IMG/VR virus record: IMGVR_UViG_3300049489_000130
Location: 1-57,870 of that record
DNA: 57,870 bases
Direction: 5' to 3' (one strand)
Origin: a virus
Lineage: Duplodnaviria; Caudoviricetes
Part shown: positions 41,053-50,500 of the stretch, piece by piece
Position numbering within the stretch: the first letter of the stretch is position 1
How the letters are laid out: every line of letters begins with the position of its first letter
Notes under the pieces: model-generated
Told to the model about the DNA's origin: nothing
Databases searched by the model: none
Seen by the model: only the letters and a program-made list of their open reading frames with translations
Position numbers and translations under genes: made by a program

Positions 41053-41117
41053 GTAGCGAACGACGTAAAGGTCGTGTAAGAGAATACAAACTTACACGGC
41101 CTTTACGTTTTCGCTAT
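41053..41117 (+). terminator. Long (about 27-bp) hairpin closing cassette 1
   Basis: GTAGCGAACGACGTAAAGGTCGTGTAAG / CTTACACGGCCTTTACGTTTTCGCTAT. Confidence 0.75.
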
Positions 41118-41180
41118 TTCTACAAATGGTATAAATTTTTGTTTCTCTGAAAAACCCCGCGGGGTAATTTTGGCAAAAAG

Positions 41181-41208
41181 TCGCAGTTCTAACATCGGTT
41201 ATAATGAG
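41181..41208 (+). promoter_or_regulatory. Cassette promoter motif, copy 2
   Basis: TCGCA GTTCTA ACAT CGGT TATAAT GAG. Confidence 0.85.
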
Positions 41209-41232
41209 AATCATCTACCGAAAGGAGCCATC

Positions 41233-41439
41233 ATGTTTAATCGCACTATCGAGTTGAAGGTGATCAAACCGAAGAAGGCCCAACAGCCCGAACCACCCGC
41301 TGAAGATGGATATCTGGAGAAAGTCGTTTACACGACCCAATCCGCGAAGTCCCTCCTCGACGATGCGGTCAAACTTGTTGGTGCGTATATTCTGTTTGAC
41401 ACTTTCCGCAAGGTAATGATCGAACTGGCCAAGAAGTAA
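41233..41439 (+). CDS. Cassette 2 cargo: small protein
   Basis: GAAAGGAG RBS before ATG 41233; amphipathic C-terminus. Confidence 0.75.
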   Translation: MFNRTIELKVIKPKKAQQPEPPAEDGYLEKVVYTTQSAKSLLDDAVKLVGAYILFDTFRKVMIELAKK

Positions 41440-41446
41440 TGATCAA

Positions 41447-41480
41447 AAGGCCAAGGTCCTGTAGCAAGGGCTTTGGTTTT
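41447..41480 (+). terminator. Hairpin closing cassette 2
   Basis: AAGGCCAAGGTCCT-gtagca-AGGGCTTTGGTTTT with G-U pairs. Confidence 0.75.
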
Positions 41481-41483
41481 CGC

Positions 41484-41511
41484 TCGCAAGAATTACTGCT
41501 CTTATAATGAG
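41484..41511 (+). promoter_or_regulatory. Cassette promoter motif, copy 3
   Basis: TCGCA AGAATT ACTG CTCT TATAAT GAG. Confidence 0.8.
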
Positions 41512-41632
41512 AAGAAAGATAAGACACGACAGTGTAGGTGCAAGACCTACCTATCTGGTGTGGAAGCAAAGCCACTAAATTACCGTTGTCATTGGGCGGT
41601 AATACCCTAGTTCTTCTCGCCTTATATTTTTT
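41509..41632 (+). ncRNA. Putative structured small RNA (cassette 3)
   Basis: GAGAAGAA / TTCTTCTC closing stem, several internal hairpins, T-tract, no RBS-ORF. Confidence 0.6.
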
Positions 41633-41647
41633 CGAAATTGTATAAGG

Positions 41648-41675
41648 TCGCAAAAAGAACATCGCATATAATGAG
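41648..41675 (+). promoter_or_regulatory. Cassette promoter motif, copy 4
   Basis: TCGCA AAAAGA ACAT CGCA TATAAT GAG. Confidence 0.85.
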
Positions 41676-41766
41676 AAGAGGCCTGATTTACAATCAGCTT
41701 TGGAGGAACGAGCCCTACAACCGAATGGTTAAAGCACAAAACGTCCACTCTTCTTTTATAATTTTT
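41673..41766 (+). ncRNA. Putative structured small RNA (cassette 4)
   Basis: GAGAAGAG / CTCTTCTT closing stem, CTGA-TTTACAA-TCAG and AACC/GGTT hairpins, T-tract. Confidence 0.55.
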
Positions 41767-41791
41767 CAAACTGAATAAGAAAGGAAAAGTC

Positions 41792-41932
41792 ATGTGTAAT
41801 TGTAACCAAAACTGTTGTTGTAACTGTAAAAGCTACGGTTTCTTCAATTTCATCTGGGACGTCTTCATGACATTCTTGACGTTTGGAATTTGGTTGATTT
41901 GGGTATTTGTCCGTGAAATGAGAAGGAACTAA
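41792..41932 (+). CDS. Small membrane protein with Cys-rich N-terminus (46 aa)
   Basis: Hand translation MCNCNQNCCCNCKSYGFFNFIWDVFMT...WLIWVFVREMRRN; AAGGA RBS. Confidence 0.8.
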   Translation: MCNCNQNCCCNCKSYGFFNFIWDVFMTFLTFGIWLIWVFVREMRRN

Positions 41933-41944
41933 TAGGAGAATATT

Positions 41945-42058
41945 ATGCGTAATCGTTATGGTTTTTTCAACTTCTGTCTTGATGCTTTCATGACAATTGT
42001 AACCGCCGGATTCTGGCTTATCTGGGTTTTCATCCGAGAAATGCGAAGGAAGAACTAA
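41945..42058 (+). CDS. Small membrane protein (37 aa), tandem paralog of the previous gene
   Basis: MRNRYGFFNFCLDAFMT...WLIWVFIREMRRKN; AGGAG RBS. Confidence 0.8.
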   Translation: MRNRYGFFNFCLDAFMTIVTAGFWLIWVFIREMRRKN

Positions 42059-42160
42059 TGTTCTCAACTAGAGCACTTATCTTTATATTTGTAGTGTTGG
42101 TTGTTTTTATGCTTCTGACAGGTGCAAGTGACGATATGGGTATTCGCGGAAGAGGTTAAT

Positions 42161-42337
42161 ATGATGGATTTTATTGCATATTGGGGAGGGTTCGTCTTCG
42201 GGCTCTCCCTGATTGCATCGCTTTTGTTTTTGCTTGGGCTTTTTGTAGTTAGGCCATTAGTAGAGCGATATTGTATAAGAAAAGAAATAAAGAAATTTAA
42301 CATGCGAGCAGAGGACTTCTTTGATGTATATGAATGA
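42161..42337 (+). CDS. Small membrane protein
   Basis: GAGG RBS; one TM segment. Confidence 0.6.
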   Translation: MMDFIAYWGGFVFGLSLIASLLFLLGLFVVRPLVERYCIRKEIKKFNMRAEDFFDVYE

Positions 42338-43064
42338 AATTGTGAAGAAACTTGAACGTCTTGCTCGAGTAAATTCGCCAGTTATCCTTACTGCCATCGG
42401 CGTTAGTGGAACAATCACGACTGCATATTTGACCGGGCGTGCTGCATACGAATCTGCGTTTGTCATTCTCGAGAAGGAACATGAGCTTGAGACTGGATAT
42501 TTGACCACAAAGGAAAAGACAGAATACGTCTGGCGGCTTTATATCCCAGCTACGGTCTCTGGGGTCGCGACAATCGTTTGTATTATAGGTGCCACGAGAA
42601 TAGGCGCACGTCGAGCAGCAGCGTTGACAGCGGCGTATTCTTTGAGCGACAAAGCGTTTGCTGAATATCGAGAAAAGATTACGGAATCAATCGGCGCCAA
42701 AAAAGAAAAAGCGTTACGCGACGAAATTGCTCAGCAACAAATCACTCAGAATCCCCCAACTAAAGAATTGATTATTGCCGGATCTGGAAGTGTTCTATGC
42801 TGTGAGCTGTTTACGGGTCGATATTTCCATTCTGATATGGAAACGCTTCGAAAGGCTCAGAACGATATCAATGCAAAATTGGTTGGGCATGAGTATGCGA
42901 GTCTTGCTGACTTCTATTACATCGTCGGGCTTCCATACACCTCATATTGTAGTGATATTGGGTGGACTTCAGACAAACTGATGTCTCTTGATTTCTCTAC
43001 TGTTCTTTCGGACGATAACCGACCATGTATTGCGTTTGATTACAATTATACAAAACCATTTTAA
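42330..43064 (+). CDS. DUF6353-like conserved phage protein
   Basis: NSPVIL, LYIPA, AAYS, FAEYREK and IGW pattern; paralog of 45473-46330. Confidence 0.7.
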   Translation: MNEIVKKLERLARVNSPVILTAIGVSGTITTAYLTGRAAYESAFVILEKEHELETGYLTTKEKTEYVWRLYIPATVSGVATIVCIIGATRIGARRAAALTAAYSLSDKAFAEYREKITESIGAKKEKALRDEIAQQQITQNPPTKELIIAGSGSVLCCELFTGRYFHSDMETLRKAQNDINAKLVGHEYASLADFYYIVGLPYTSYCSDIGWTSDKLMSLDFSTVLSDDNRPCIAFDYNYTKPF

Positions 43065-43073
43065 GGAGAAGAA

Positions 43074-43241
43074 ATGAAGCTTAATATTTTTGAGATCTAT
43101 ATCGATCGCGATGGACTTTGGAGGTGGCGTCTTTGGTCTGGCAATAAAAAGATTATTGCTGACTCAGGGCAAGGATATTCGACCAAGTCAAATGCTAAGC
43201 GAGCGATTCGTTCAATGATGGCAGAATTCGAGATTCAGTGA
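43074..43241 (+). CDS. DUF1508 / YegP-like small protein (55 aa)
   Basis: Hand translation FEIYIDRDGLWRWRLWSGNKKIIADSGQGYSTKSNAKRAI. Confidence 0.8.
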   Translation: MKLNIFEIYIDRDGLWRWRLWSGNKKIIADSGQGYSTKSNAKRAIRSMMAEFEIQ

Positions 43242-43546
43242 ACTCCGAAGAATTCAACAAACTCCTTGGTGGTCAATTAGACATGGTTGAAAGTATTCTT
43301 GGTGTAAAAGCTAAGGAGTACGCAACAGACGACCGCCTTCACAATTTCAAGGTCGCGGCTGAACTTCAAGGTTTGACGCCTAAGGAGGCGTTGGCTGGAA
43401 TGATGGCCAAGCACACTGTATCCGTGTATGATATGGCTACTTCGGAAAAGATATTTCCTCTAGCCCAGTGGGAAGAGAAGATTACCGATCATATCAACTA
43501 CCTTATTCTCCTAAAAGCTATTGTAATCGAAGAGGGTTCCTGTTAA
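43238..43546 (+). CDS. Nucleotide-modification-associated all-alpha NTP-PPase-like protein
   Basis: K..EYA..DRLHNF, MAKH and EKITDHINYLILL pattern. Confidence 0.65.
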   Translation: MNSEEFNKLLGGQLDMVESILGVKAKEYATDDRLHNFKVAAELQGLTPKEALAGMMAKHTVSVYDMATSEKIFPLAQWEEKITDHINYLILLKAIVIEEGSC

Positions 43547-43547
43547 C

Positions 43548-43575
43548 TCGCAAGATTAACATCTCATATAATGAG
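43548..43575 (+). promoter_or_regulatory. Cassette promoter motif, copy 5
   Basis: TCGCA AGATTA ACAT CTCA TATAAT GAG. Confidence 0.85.
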
Positions 43576-43598
43576 AACCCACTACAAAGGAGAATCTA

Positions 43599-43787
43599 AT
43601 GGAAAACGAAGTCAACCTCGTTGCAGAAACCGCTGAGACCACCTCGTGGATCGAAAACCCCGTTGCCGCAGTCGCAGTACAGGTCGTCATGACCGTTGCT
43701 GTGCTCGCCACAACTGGATATTTCCTCCGCAAGTGGACTGAGAGGTCCATCCGCAAGAGCCAACTCGAATCCGTCGAGACCAACTGA
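43599..43787 (+). CDS. Cassette 5 cargo: single-TM protein
   Basis: AAAGGAG RBS; one TM segment; C-rich codons. Confidence 0.75.
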   Translation: MENEVNLVAETAETTSWIENPVAAVAVQVVMTVAVLATTGYFLRKWTERSIRKSQLESVETN

Positions 43788-43796
43788 AAAAGTTCC

Positions 43797-43832
43797 AAAA
43801 GTAGAAGCGCCGTAACAAGTGCTTCTGCTTTT
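43797..43832 (+). terminator. Hairpin closing cassette 5
   Basis: AAAAGTAGAAGCGC-cgtaacaa-GTGCTTCTGCTTTT. Confidence 0.8.
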
Positions 43833-43863
43833 GTTTTTGCCTCATACAGAAAAGGAATGCATA

Positions 43864-44331
43864 ATGCTCAAGCGCACTATTACATATGAAGACTTCAACG
43901 ATAACCAGATTACCGAAGACTTCTATTTTAACATGTCAAAGTCGGAACTGGTCGAACTCGAAGTCAGCTATGAAAAGGGTTTTGGTGAAACGCTTCAAGC
44001 CATTATTGAAGCCAAGGATCACAAGCAGTTGATCACCGAGTTCAAGAAGCTTATTCTCATGGCTTATGGCGTCAAGTCTCCCGATGGAAAACGATTCATC
44101 AAGAATGACGAACTTCGTGAAGAGTTCTCACAAACGGCTGCGTATAACGCCTTGTTCATGGAACTGGCAACCGATGAGAATGCTGCTGCAAGTTTCATTC
44201 AAGCAGTCATCCCAAAGGATATGGCAGCCCAGATTGTTGTTGCCGAATCGACCTCTGCCGCTCCGGTTCAAGATTCCCCAGCTCTTCCGCCACCTCCTCC
44301 GGAGACGCCTTTGGTCGGAATCAAGCCCTGA
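43864..44331 (+). CDS. Conserved phage protein (possible displaced tail chaperone)
   Basis: TITYEDF..EDFYFN.SK.EL and AYG.KS.DGKRF motifs. Confidence 0.6.
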   Translation: MLKRTITYEDFNDNQITEDFYFNMSKSELVELEVSYEKGFGETLQAIIEAKDHKQLITEFKKLILMAYGVKSPDGKRFIKNDELREEFSQTAAYNALFMELATDENAAASFIQAVIPKDMAAQIVVAESTSAAPVQDSPALPPPPPETPLVGIKP

Positions 44332-44333
44332 CC

Positions 44334-44361
44334 TCGCTATATTTACATCGGGTATAATGAG
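44334..44361 (+). promoter_or_regulatory. Cassette promoter motif, copy 6
   Basis: TCGCT ATATTT ACAT CGGG TATAAT GAG. Confidence 0.8.
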
Positions 44362-44381
44362 AACTATTGAAAGGACCCACT

Positions 44382-44621
44382 ATGAACAAACTCGAAATTC
44401 TTAAACAAGCCGCTGGCCTCGTCGCCGGTCTTGGTGTAAGTAAGATTGTTGCCGGAATTGTTGCCAATAACGTCGCCACAGAAACCAACTACCAAAAAGT
44501 AGTCGTGTTTGCTGGACGAACCGCTATTGCTGCAGTCATCAGCTCAGTCGTACAAGATCACATCAATACCGTCGTTGATGACGGTGCTGCTTGGGTGAAT
44601 TCGAATATCCTAGTCAAATAA
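44382..44621 (+). CDS. Cassette 6 cargo: small hydrophobic protein
   Basis: GAAAGGA RBS; two hydrophobic helices. Confidence 0.75.
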   Translation: MNKLEILKQAAGLVAGLGVSKIVAGIVANNVATETNYQKVVVFAGRTAIAAVISSVVQDHINTVVDDGAAWVNSNILVK

Positions 44622-44637
44622 CTAATCCCTAGTAATC

Positions 44638-44670
44638 AAAATTAGAAGATCTAACCGGTCTTCTAGTTTT
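44638..44670 (+). terminator. Hairpin closing cassette 6
   Basis: AAAATTAGAAGATC-taacc-GGTCTTCTAGTTTT. Confidence 0.8.
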
Positions 44671-44690
44671 ATAACTTTTGAAGGACATAC

Positions 44691-45311
44691 ATGGAATCAT
44701 TTCCAAGCAACAGTCACAAGAAGACCAAGCCGATGTCGCCGGATCAAAAAAATGTAACCAAAGTCGTTACTGGTGAGGTGGTTCAGCGAAAAAAGTCACT
44801 CGGTCGACGATTTAAGGATATTTTTATGGGTGGAGACATTCGAGGCGTTACTCGTTATATTGCCGCCGACGTTCTTCTTCCAGCCGTTCGAAACATGGTG
44901 GTTGACGCTACAACCGAGGGTATTCGACGCGCAGTGTATGGAGAATCACCGGCACGACGTGGGAGAAGCTCGGATCCAATGCGGTCACGGGTTTCTTATC
45001 ACTCGCCAATGGAACGCTCCCCAATGCGTCCAACTATGCTCCCGGACCAGCCGCCATATTCTGCCAGACGGAAACAAGATCCAAATGAAATCATTCTGGT
45101 TTCTCGAGAAGAAGCAGAATTGGTTGTCGAGCGCCTCGCCGATTTGATTGATAATTTTGATGTTGCCACTGTCGGGGATTTCCATGAGCTCGTTGGACTT
45201 CCCTCTACGTATGTAGATAATAAGTGGGGTTGGACCGCAATCCGAGGTGTTGATATTCGGCAGGTCCGTGAAGGCTATCTAATTGAATTGCCGCCAATAG
45301 AACCAATCTAA
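44691..45311 (+). CDS. Conserved hypothetical phage protein
   Basis: FPSNSH, DVLLPA and DNKWGW motifs. Confidence 0.75.
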   Translation: MESFPSNSHKKTKPMSPDQKNVTKVVTGEVVQRKKSLGRRFKDIFMGGDIRGVTRYIAADVLLPAVRNMVVDATTEGIRRAVYGESPARRGRSSDPMRSRVSYHSPMERSPMRPTMLPDQPPYSARRKQDPNEIILVSREEAELVVERLADLIDNFDVATVGDFHELVGLPSTYVDNKWGWTAIRGVDIRQVREGYLIELPPIEPI

Positions 45312-45328
45312 AATAGGAGTAACACATT

Positions 45329-45463
45329 ATGAGTAATGTAGAACGTGAAGCCCTAAAGAAAGCCTACCCAAACTCTAAGTCTTGGGCCGAAAAAGTAGAC
45401 AAGATGCAACCAAATCAAGTCACAGCGGTTTATATTCGCCTTCGGTCACAACAGAAACTCTAA
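45329..45463 (+). CDS. Small hypothetical protein (44 aa)
   Basis: AGGAG RBS; MSNVEREALKKAYP..WAEKVDKM. Confidence 0.7.
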   Translation: MSNVEREALKKAYPNSKSWAEKVDKMQPNQVTAVYIRLRSQQKL

Positions 45464-45472
45464 GGAGAAATA

Positions 45473-46330
45473 ATGAAGTTGATCCCAAACGCTGTAACCC
45501 GGCAAGTTGCACGTAAGATTCTAATTGCCCAGAAACATTCACCTCGTATTCTGTTTGTTGCTGGTGTTGCTGGTGTCGTCACAAGTACGGTGCTTGCATG
45601 TCGAGCAACATTGAAGCTTCCTGAAGTGGCCGGCGAACTCGAGCATGAGATCGAGGGTGTGAAGATGAATCTTCATGGCACCGACGGCTACCACAAGGAT
45701 TTGGCATACGTCTACATCAAGGGTACGTATCAGATCGGGCGTCTTTACGCTCCTTCTGTGATGCTTGGCGTCGTTTCTATTGGTGCTCTAACCGGTTCAC
45801 ATATCACTCTCACTCGACGTAATGCTTCTTTGACGGCTGCTTATGCTGCAGTATCAAAGGGATTCGATGAGTACCGTGAACGAGTCCGAACTGAGCTCGG
45901 CGAAGAGCGTGAGCGCGAAATTTATCACGCTGTTACTATCGAGCAGATGATTGACGAAGATGGTAAGAAAGTCTTTGTCCCTGTTGCGGACCCGAATCGT
46001 TGGTCGCCTTACGCGCGCTTCTTCGATGAGTCTTCGCCAAACTGGGTCAAAAACGCCGAGCTCAATCGTTTGTTTGTTCAGTGTCAACAGAACTATGCTA
46101 ATCATCTACTGCATGCTCGAGGTCATGTGTTCCTCAATGAAGTGTACGACATGCTAGGTCTCGATCGGTGCAAAGCCGGTCAGACCGTAGGGTGGGTTAT
46201 CGGGCACGATGGTGACAATTATATTGACTTCGGTTTGTATGAAGCAAGTAGTTCTAGATTTGTAAACGGTATTGAACGTAGTATCCTTCTCGACTTCAAT
46301 GTCGACGGCGTAATTATCGATAATATTTAA
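45473..46330 (+). CDS. DUF6353-like conserved phage protein
   Basis: HSPRIL, LYAP, FLNEVYD.LG, VGW and LDFNVDG pattern. Confidence 0.75.
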   Translation: MKLIPNAVTRQVARKILIAQKHSPRILFVAGVAGVVTSTVLACRATLKLPEVAGELEHEIEGVKMNLHGTDGYHKDLAYVYIKGTYQIGRLYAPSVMLGVVSIGALTGSHITLTRRNASLTAAYAAVSKGFDEYRERVRTELGEEREREIYHAVTIEQMIDEDGKKVFVPVADPNRWSPYARFFDESSPNWVKNAELNRLFVQCQQNYANHLLHARGHVFLNEVYDMLGLDRCKAGQTVGWVIGHDGDNYIDFGLYEASSSRFVNGIERSILLDFNVDGVIIDNI

Positions 46331-46339
46331 GGAGATGTA

Positions 46340-47038
46340 ATGAATATTCAATTGTCAACTCTCCTGGAAAGGAAGTGGGTTCTTCCAACTTTTGTTGGGG
46401 TCACTGCTTTTTCTACCGGAGCTGTCATCGGACATGTCGTCACAAAGCGATATTTCAAGTCGTTTGATGAAATTGTTCCACCGCAAGCAGAGCAAATGTC
46501 GCTCTTTGATACTTGGAATGATGTTGTGGAACGAGAAACTGTTTATATCGAAGAAATCGAAACGGTTGCCGAAATCGATGAGATTATCGAAGAAATCGTC
46601 GAAGAGACTGCGCCAACTTATATTCTTGAGACGAACAACGTCTTTGCGAACAACGAATCCGAATGGGACTACGAAACTGAGCTTTCAACAAGAACTGGAG
46701 TCGATCCGTATGTGATTCATGCTGACGAATTCATTTCTGGAGAGATGGGTTTTGCTCAGTCGACCATTACGTATTATGCCGGCGACGACATCATGGCTGA
46801 TGAATTGGATACCCCAATTTACAACTATATGGGAATCATGGGTGAACTTAAGTTCGGGCATGGATCTAAGGATCCAAACGTCGTCTATATTCGTAACGAG
46901 ACCATGAACCACGAATGGGAAGTACTGCTCCATCAGGGTAAGTATGAAACCGAGGTTCTTGGCCACGATATCGAAGACGCCTATGAAGAACAAGAACTGA
47001 AGCACGCCAATTCGGTTCCTAAATTCAGGCGGGAATAA
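46340..47038 (+). CDS. Acidic hypothetical protein with N-terminal membrane anchor
   Basis: ORF with RBS; PYVI, ITYY and VYIRN motifs. Confidence 0.7.
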   Translation: MNIQLSTLLERKWVLPTFVGVTAFSTGAVIGHVVTKRYFKSFDEIVPPQAEQMSLFDTWNDVVERETVYIEEIETVAEIDEIIEEIVEETAPTYILETNNVFANNESEWDYETELSTRTGVDPYVIHADEFISGEMGFAQSTITYYAGDDIMADELDTPIYNYMGIMGELKFGHGSKDPNVVYIRNETMNHEWEVLLHQGKYETEVLGHDIEDAYEEQELKHANSVPKFRRE

Positions 47039-47574
47039 TGACAGACGAGCCAATTGAAGACCTATATTTCAACTGGCTATATTCAAAGGTTGCATCCCCG
47101 TTGGCAGTTTCGACACCATCTCTTACATACTGGACTCTCATGCGAGATCTACACTCAACCGAGTTTGTCTGGTCAGTTTTAGGTGATGATAATCGAGTTG
47201 CCGATGGATTAGATTTACGTAAAGAATTCCTTAGGGAGGCGTATTTAGAACAAAACCCAAACTGGTTGAGCATACCATGCTCTGTTCTAGAAATGATGAT
47301 AGCGTTTTCCCGCAGGGCTTCGTTCGAAACTGAGCTTAGCCCTCGGGAATGGTTTTGGATATTTCTAGACAACTTAGGTTTAGCCGAACTCAACGATGCT
47401 TCTCTTGGCATAACAAGAATAGTAAGCGCAGTCCTAGATACTTTTGTATGGAGGACATATTCTCACGATGGGTATGGCGGAATGTTTCCTTTGAAAGATG
47501 CCGAACACGATCAACGAAAAGTAGAACTTTATTACCAATTCTGCGAATATCTTGTTGATCAAGAAATGATCTGA
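47038..47574 (+). CDS. Conserved hypothetical protein
   Basis: YFNWL, DNR..DG.DLR, SVLEM and GGMFP motifs. Confidence 0.7.
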   Translation: MTDEPIEDLYFNWLYSKVASPLAVSTPSLTYWTLMRDLHSTEFVWSVLGDDNRVADGLDLRKEFLREAYLEQNPNWLSIPCSVLEMMIAFSRRASFETELSPREWFWIFLDNLGLAELNDASLGITRIVSAVLDTFVWRTYSHDGYGGMFPLKDAEHDQRKVELYYQFCEYLVDQEMI

Positions 47575-47585
47575 AGGGAGGTTAT

Positions 47586-50500
47586 GTGGATTTCTATCAA
47601 ATAATTGTCAAAGAGAAAAAAGAAGGATTACCGCAAATCTCTCCAGATTGGACAGTAGGAAGATCAAGCGACCTTATGGTCCGAGGCCGTTCTTTCTATG
47701 CTATTTGGGACGAAGCCAAAGGGCTTTGGTCTACAGATGAATACGATGTACAACGACTTGTCGATGAGGACCTACATCGGTATAATCAAGAACATGGTAA
47801 AGCATACCAAATCATGAATATGAAATCCTTCAGTACGCAAAGCTGGAGTACGTTTCGAAAGTTCATGCAGAATATCAGCGATAATAGTCACCAACTTGAC
47901 GAGAAGCTTGTGTTTGCAAACACAGATGTCAAGAAGACCGACTATGCCAGCAGGCGTCTACCATATGCACTCGAACCTGGAACATGCGATGCTTGGGATG
48001 AACTTCTCGGAGTTTTATATTCCGAAGAAGAACGAACTAAGATTGAGTGGGCTATTGGCTCGGTTGTTTCTGGTGATTCAAAGAAAATTCAGAAATTCTT
48101 TGTCTTCTATGGGCCCGCTGGAAGTGGTAAGTCAACCGTTCTTAACATAATCCAACAGTTATTTGATGGGTACGTTTCAACGTTTGACGCCAAAGCGCTT
48201 GGTAGTAATAATAACGCATTTGCTACCGAAGTGTTTCGTTCAAACCCGCTTGTTGCAATTCAACACGACGGCGATCTTTCCAAAATAGACGACAACACAA
48301 AGCTAAACTCAATCATTTCCCACGAAGAAATGACAATGAACGAGAAGTATAAGTCGAGCTACATGGCACGAGTGAATGCTATATTGTTTATGGGCACAAA
48401 CCAGCCAGTCAAGATCAGTGACGCAAAGTCTGGTATTATCCGGCGATTGATTGATATTCACCCAACAGGTGCTAAGATCGAAGCCGATCGATACCACGCT
48501 TTAATGCGTCAGATTGAATTTGAACTTGGAGCCATAGCACATAAGTGTCTTGACCGATACCGTGAACTTGGTAAGAACTACTACAACTCATATCGCCCGC
48601 TAGAGATGATGTTGCAAACAGATGTGTTCTACAACTTCATTGAGGGATATTACGATGTCTTTAAAAAACAAGATGGCGTTACACTCAAACAAGCGTATGA
48701 GATGTATAAAGAATTCGGTCTTGAAACTGGGTTACCAAGGTTACTTCCGCAATACAAATTCCGAGAAGAACTCAGAAATTATTTTGACAGATTTGAGGAT
48801 CGGAAAGAATTGGGTGGCGTTATAGTGCATAGTTATTATTCAGGATTCAAACCCCTTACTCCGCCCAACCCATTCAAGCCCGACGAGACTTATGTTGTTG
48901 ATTTCAACATCGAAGAATCGTTGTTTGATAAGTTGTACCCAGATCTTCCAGCTCAGTACGCTCGGGCAAGCGGATATCCTGGGCGTAAATGGGAGTCGGT
49001 TACAACCACGCTTTCAGATCTGAACACCAAAAAACTACACTTTGTCAAAGTTCCAGAAAATCATATTGTCATCGACTTCGATCTTGTGGATGAGAATGGT
49101 GAAAAAGATCTGGCGAAGAATATAGAAGAAGCCTCAAAATGGCCCCCCACTTATGCGGAACTGAGTAAAAGTGGTGCGGGCATCCATCTTCATTATTTCT
49201 ATGGCGGTAACGTTCACGAACTAGCGCAGATATTTGATGTTGGTATTGAGGTAAAAACGCTTCTTGGCGACAGCTCATTACGACGTAAGGTGACTAAGTG
49301 TAACGCACTTGAGATTGCCACATTAACAAGCGGCTTGCCGATTAAGGAACAGCCTATGCTGGATACTAAAACCATTCAAAGTGAGAAAGCATTACGCGAA
49401 CTTATCGAACGTAATCTTCGTAAAGAGATTCATCCTGGTACTAAATCCTCGGTTGATTTCATTCAGAAGATTCTTGATGAAGCATACGAATCTGATATGC
49501 CATATGATGTTCGTGATATGCGATCCACAGTTTTGGCGTTTGCGGCAGGCAGCACTAATCAAGCAGCAACGGCAATCAAAACTGTGCAAAAGATGCATTT
49601 CGTAAGCGACGATGCAATGACTCCCCCGGAGCATTCCGAGACAAAGCCTTTGGTATTCTTCGACGTTGAAGTGTATCCAAACCTGTTTGTTGTGTGTTGG
49701 AAATATGCTGGAAGAGACGCCAAAACTGGAGAAGTTGAAGTCGTCAAGATGATCAATCCGACACCGGCAGAAATCGAGCCTCTGTTTGGTATGAGACTTG
49801 TCGGTTTCAATAATCGACGCTACGACAACCATATTCTTTACGGTCGTTTCCTTGGGTATTCTGTTGAAGAGTTGTATAAACTCAGTCAGAAGATTATCAA
49901 TGGTAATGGACAAAGTGGTTTGTTTGGTGAAGCATACAATCTCTCATATACCGATATTTATGACTTCAGCTCAAAGAAACAGGGTTTGAAGAAGTTTGAA
50001 ATCGAGCTTGGTATCCATCATATGGAATTGGATCTTCCTTGGGATGAACCTGTTCCTGAAGAAAAATGGCCTCTTGTTGTCGAATACTGTTCTAATGACG
50101 TAGTAGCGACAGAAGCCGTCTTTGATGATCGAAAGCAAGATTTCGTCGCCAGAGAAATTCTGGCGGATCTTTCCGGGTTATCTGTTAATCACACTACTCA
50201 ACAACATACAGCACAGATCATATTTGATGGTGAGAAAAATCCACAGTCAAGTTTTATCTATACTGATCTCAGCACCATATTCGATGGGTACACCTTCGAT
50301 GGGAAAGAGAGTATTTATCGTGGAGAAGTCACCGGAGAAGGAGGTTATGTTTATGCCGAGCCAGGAATGTACGAAAACGTCGCCCTCCTGGACGTGGCGA
50401 GTATGCATCCGACCAGTATTGAGGCGCTCAACCTCTTCGGACCTTATACATCTAATTTCTCCGCGCTTAAAGACGCTCGGATGGCAATCAAACATAAAGA

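Noticed and set aside
40699-44361. Repeats as a CRISPR array or integron attC array
   Set aside because: Repeats are degenerate with irregular spacing from about 160 bp to several kb; there are no cas or integrase genes and no RYYYAAC/GTTRRRY-bounded sites
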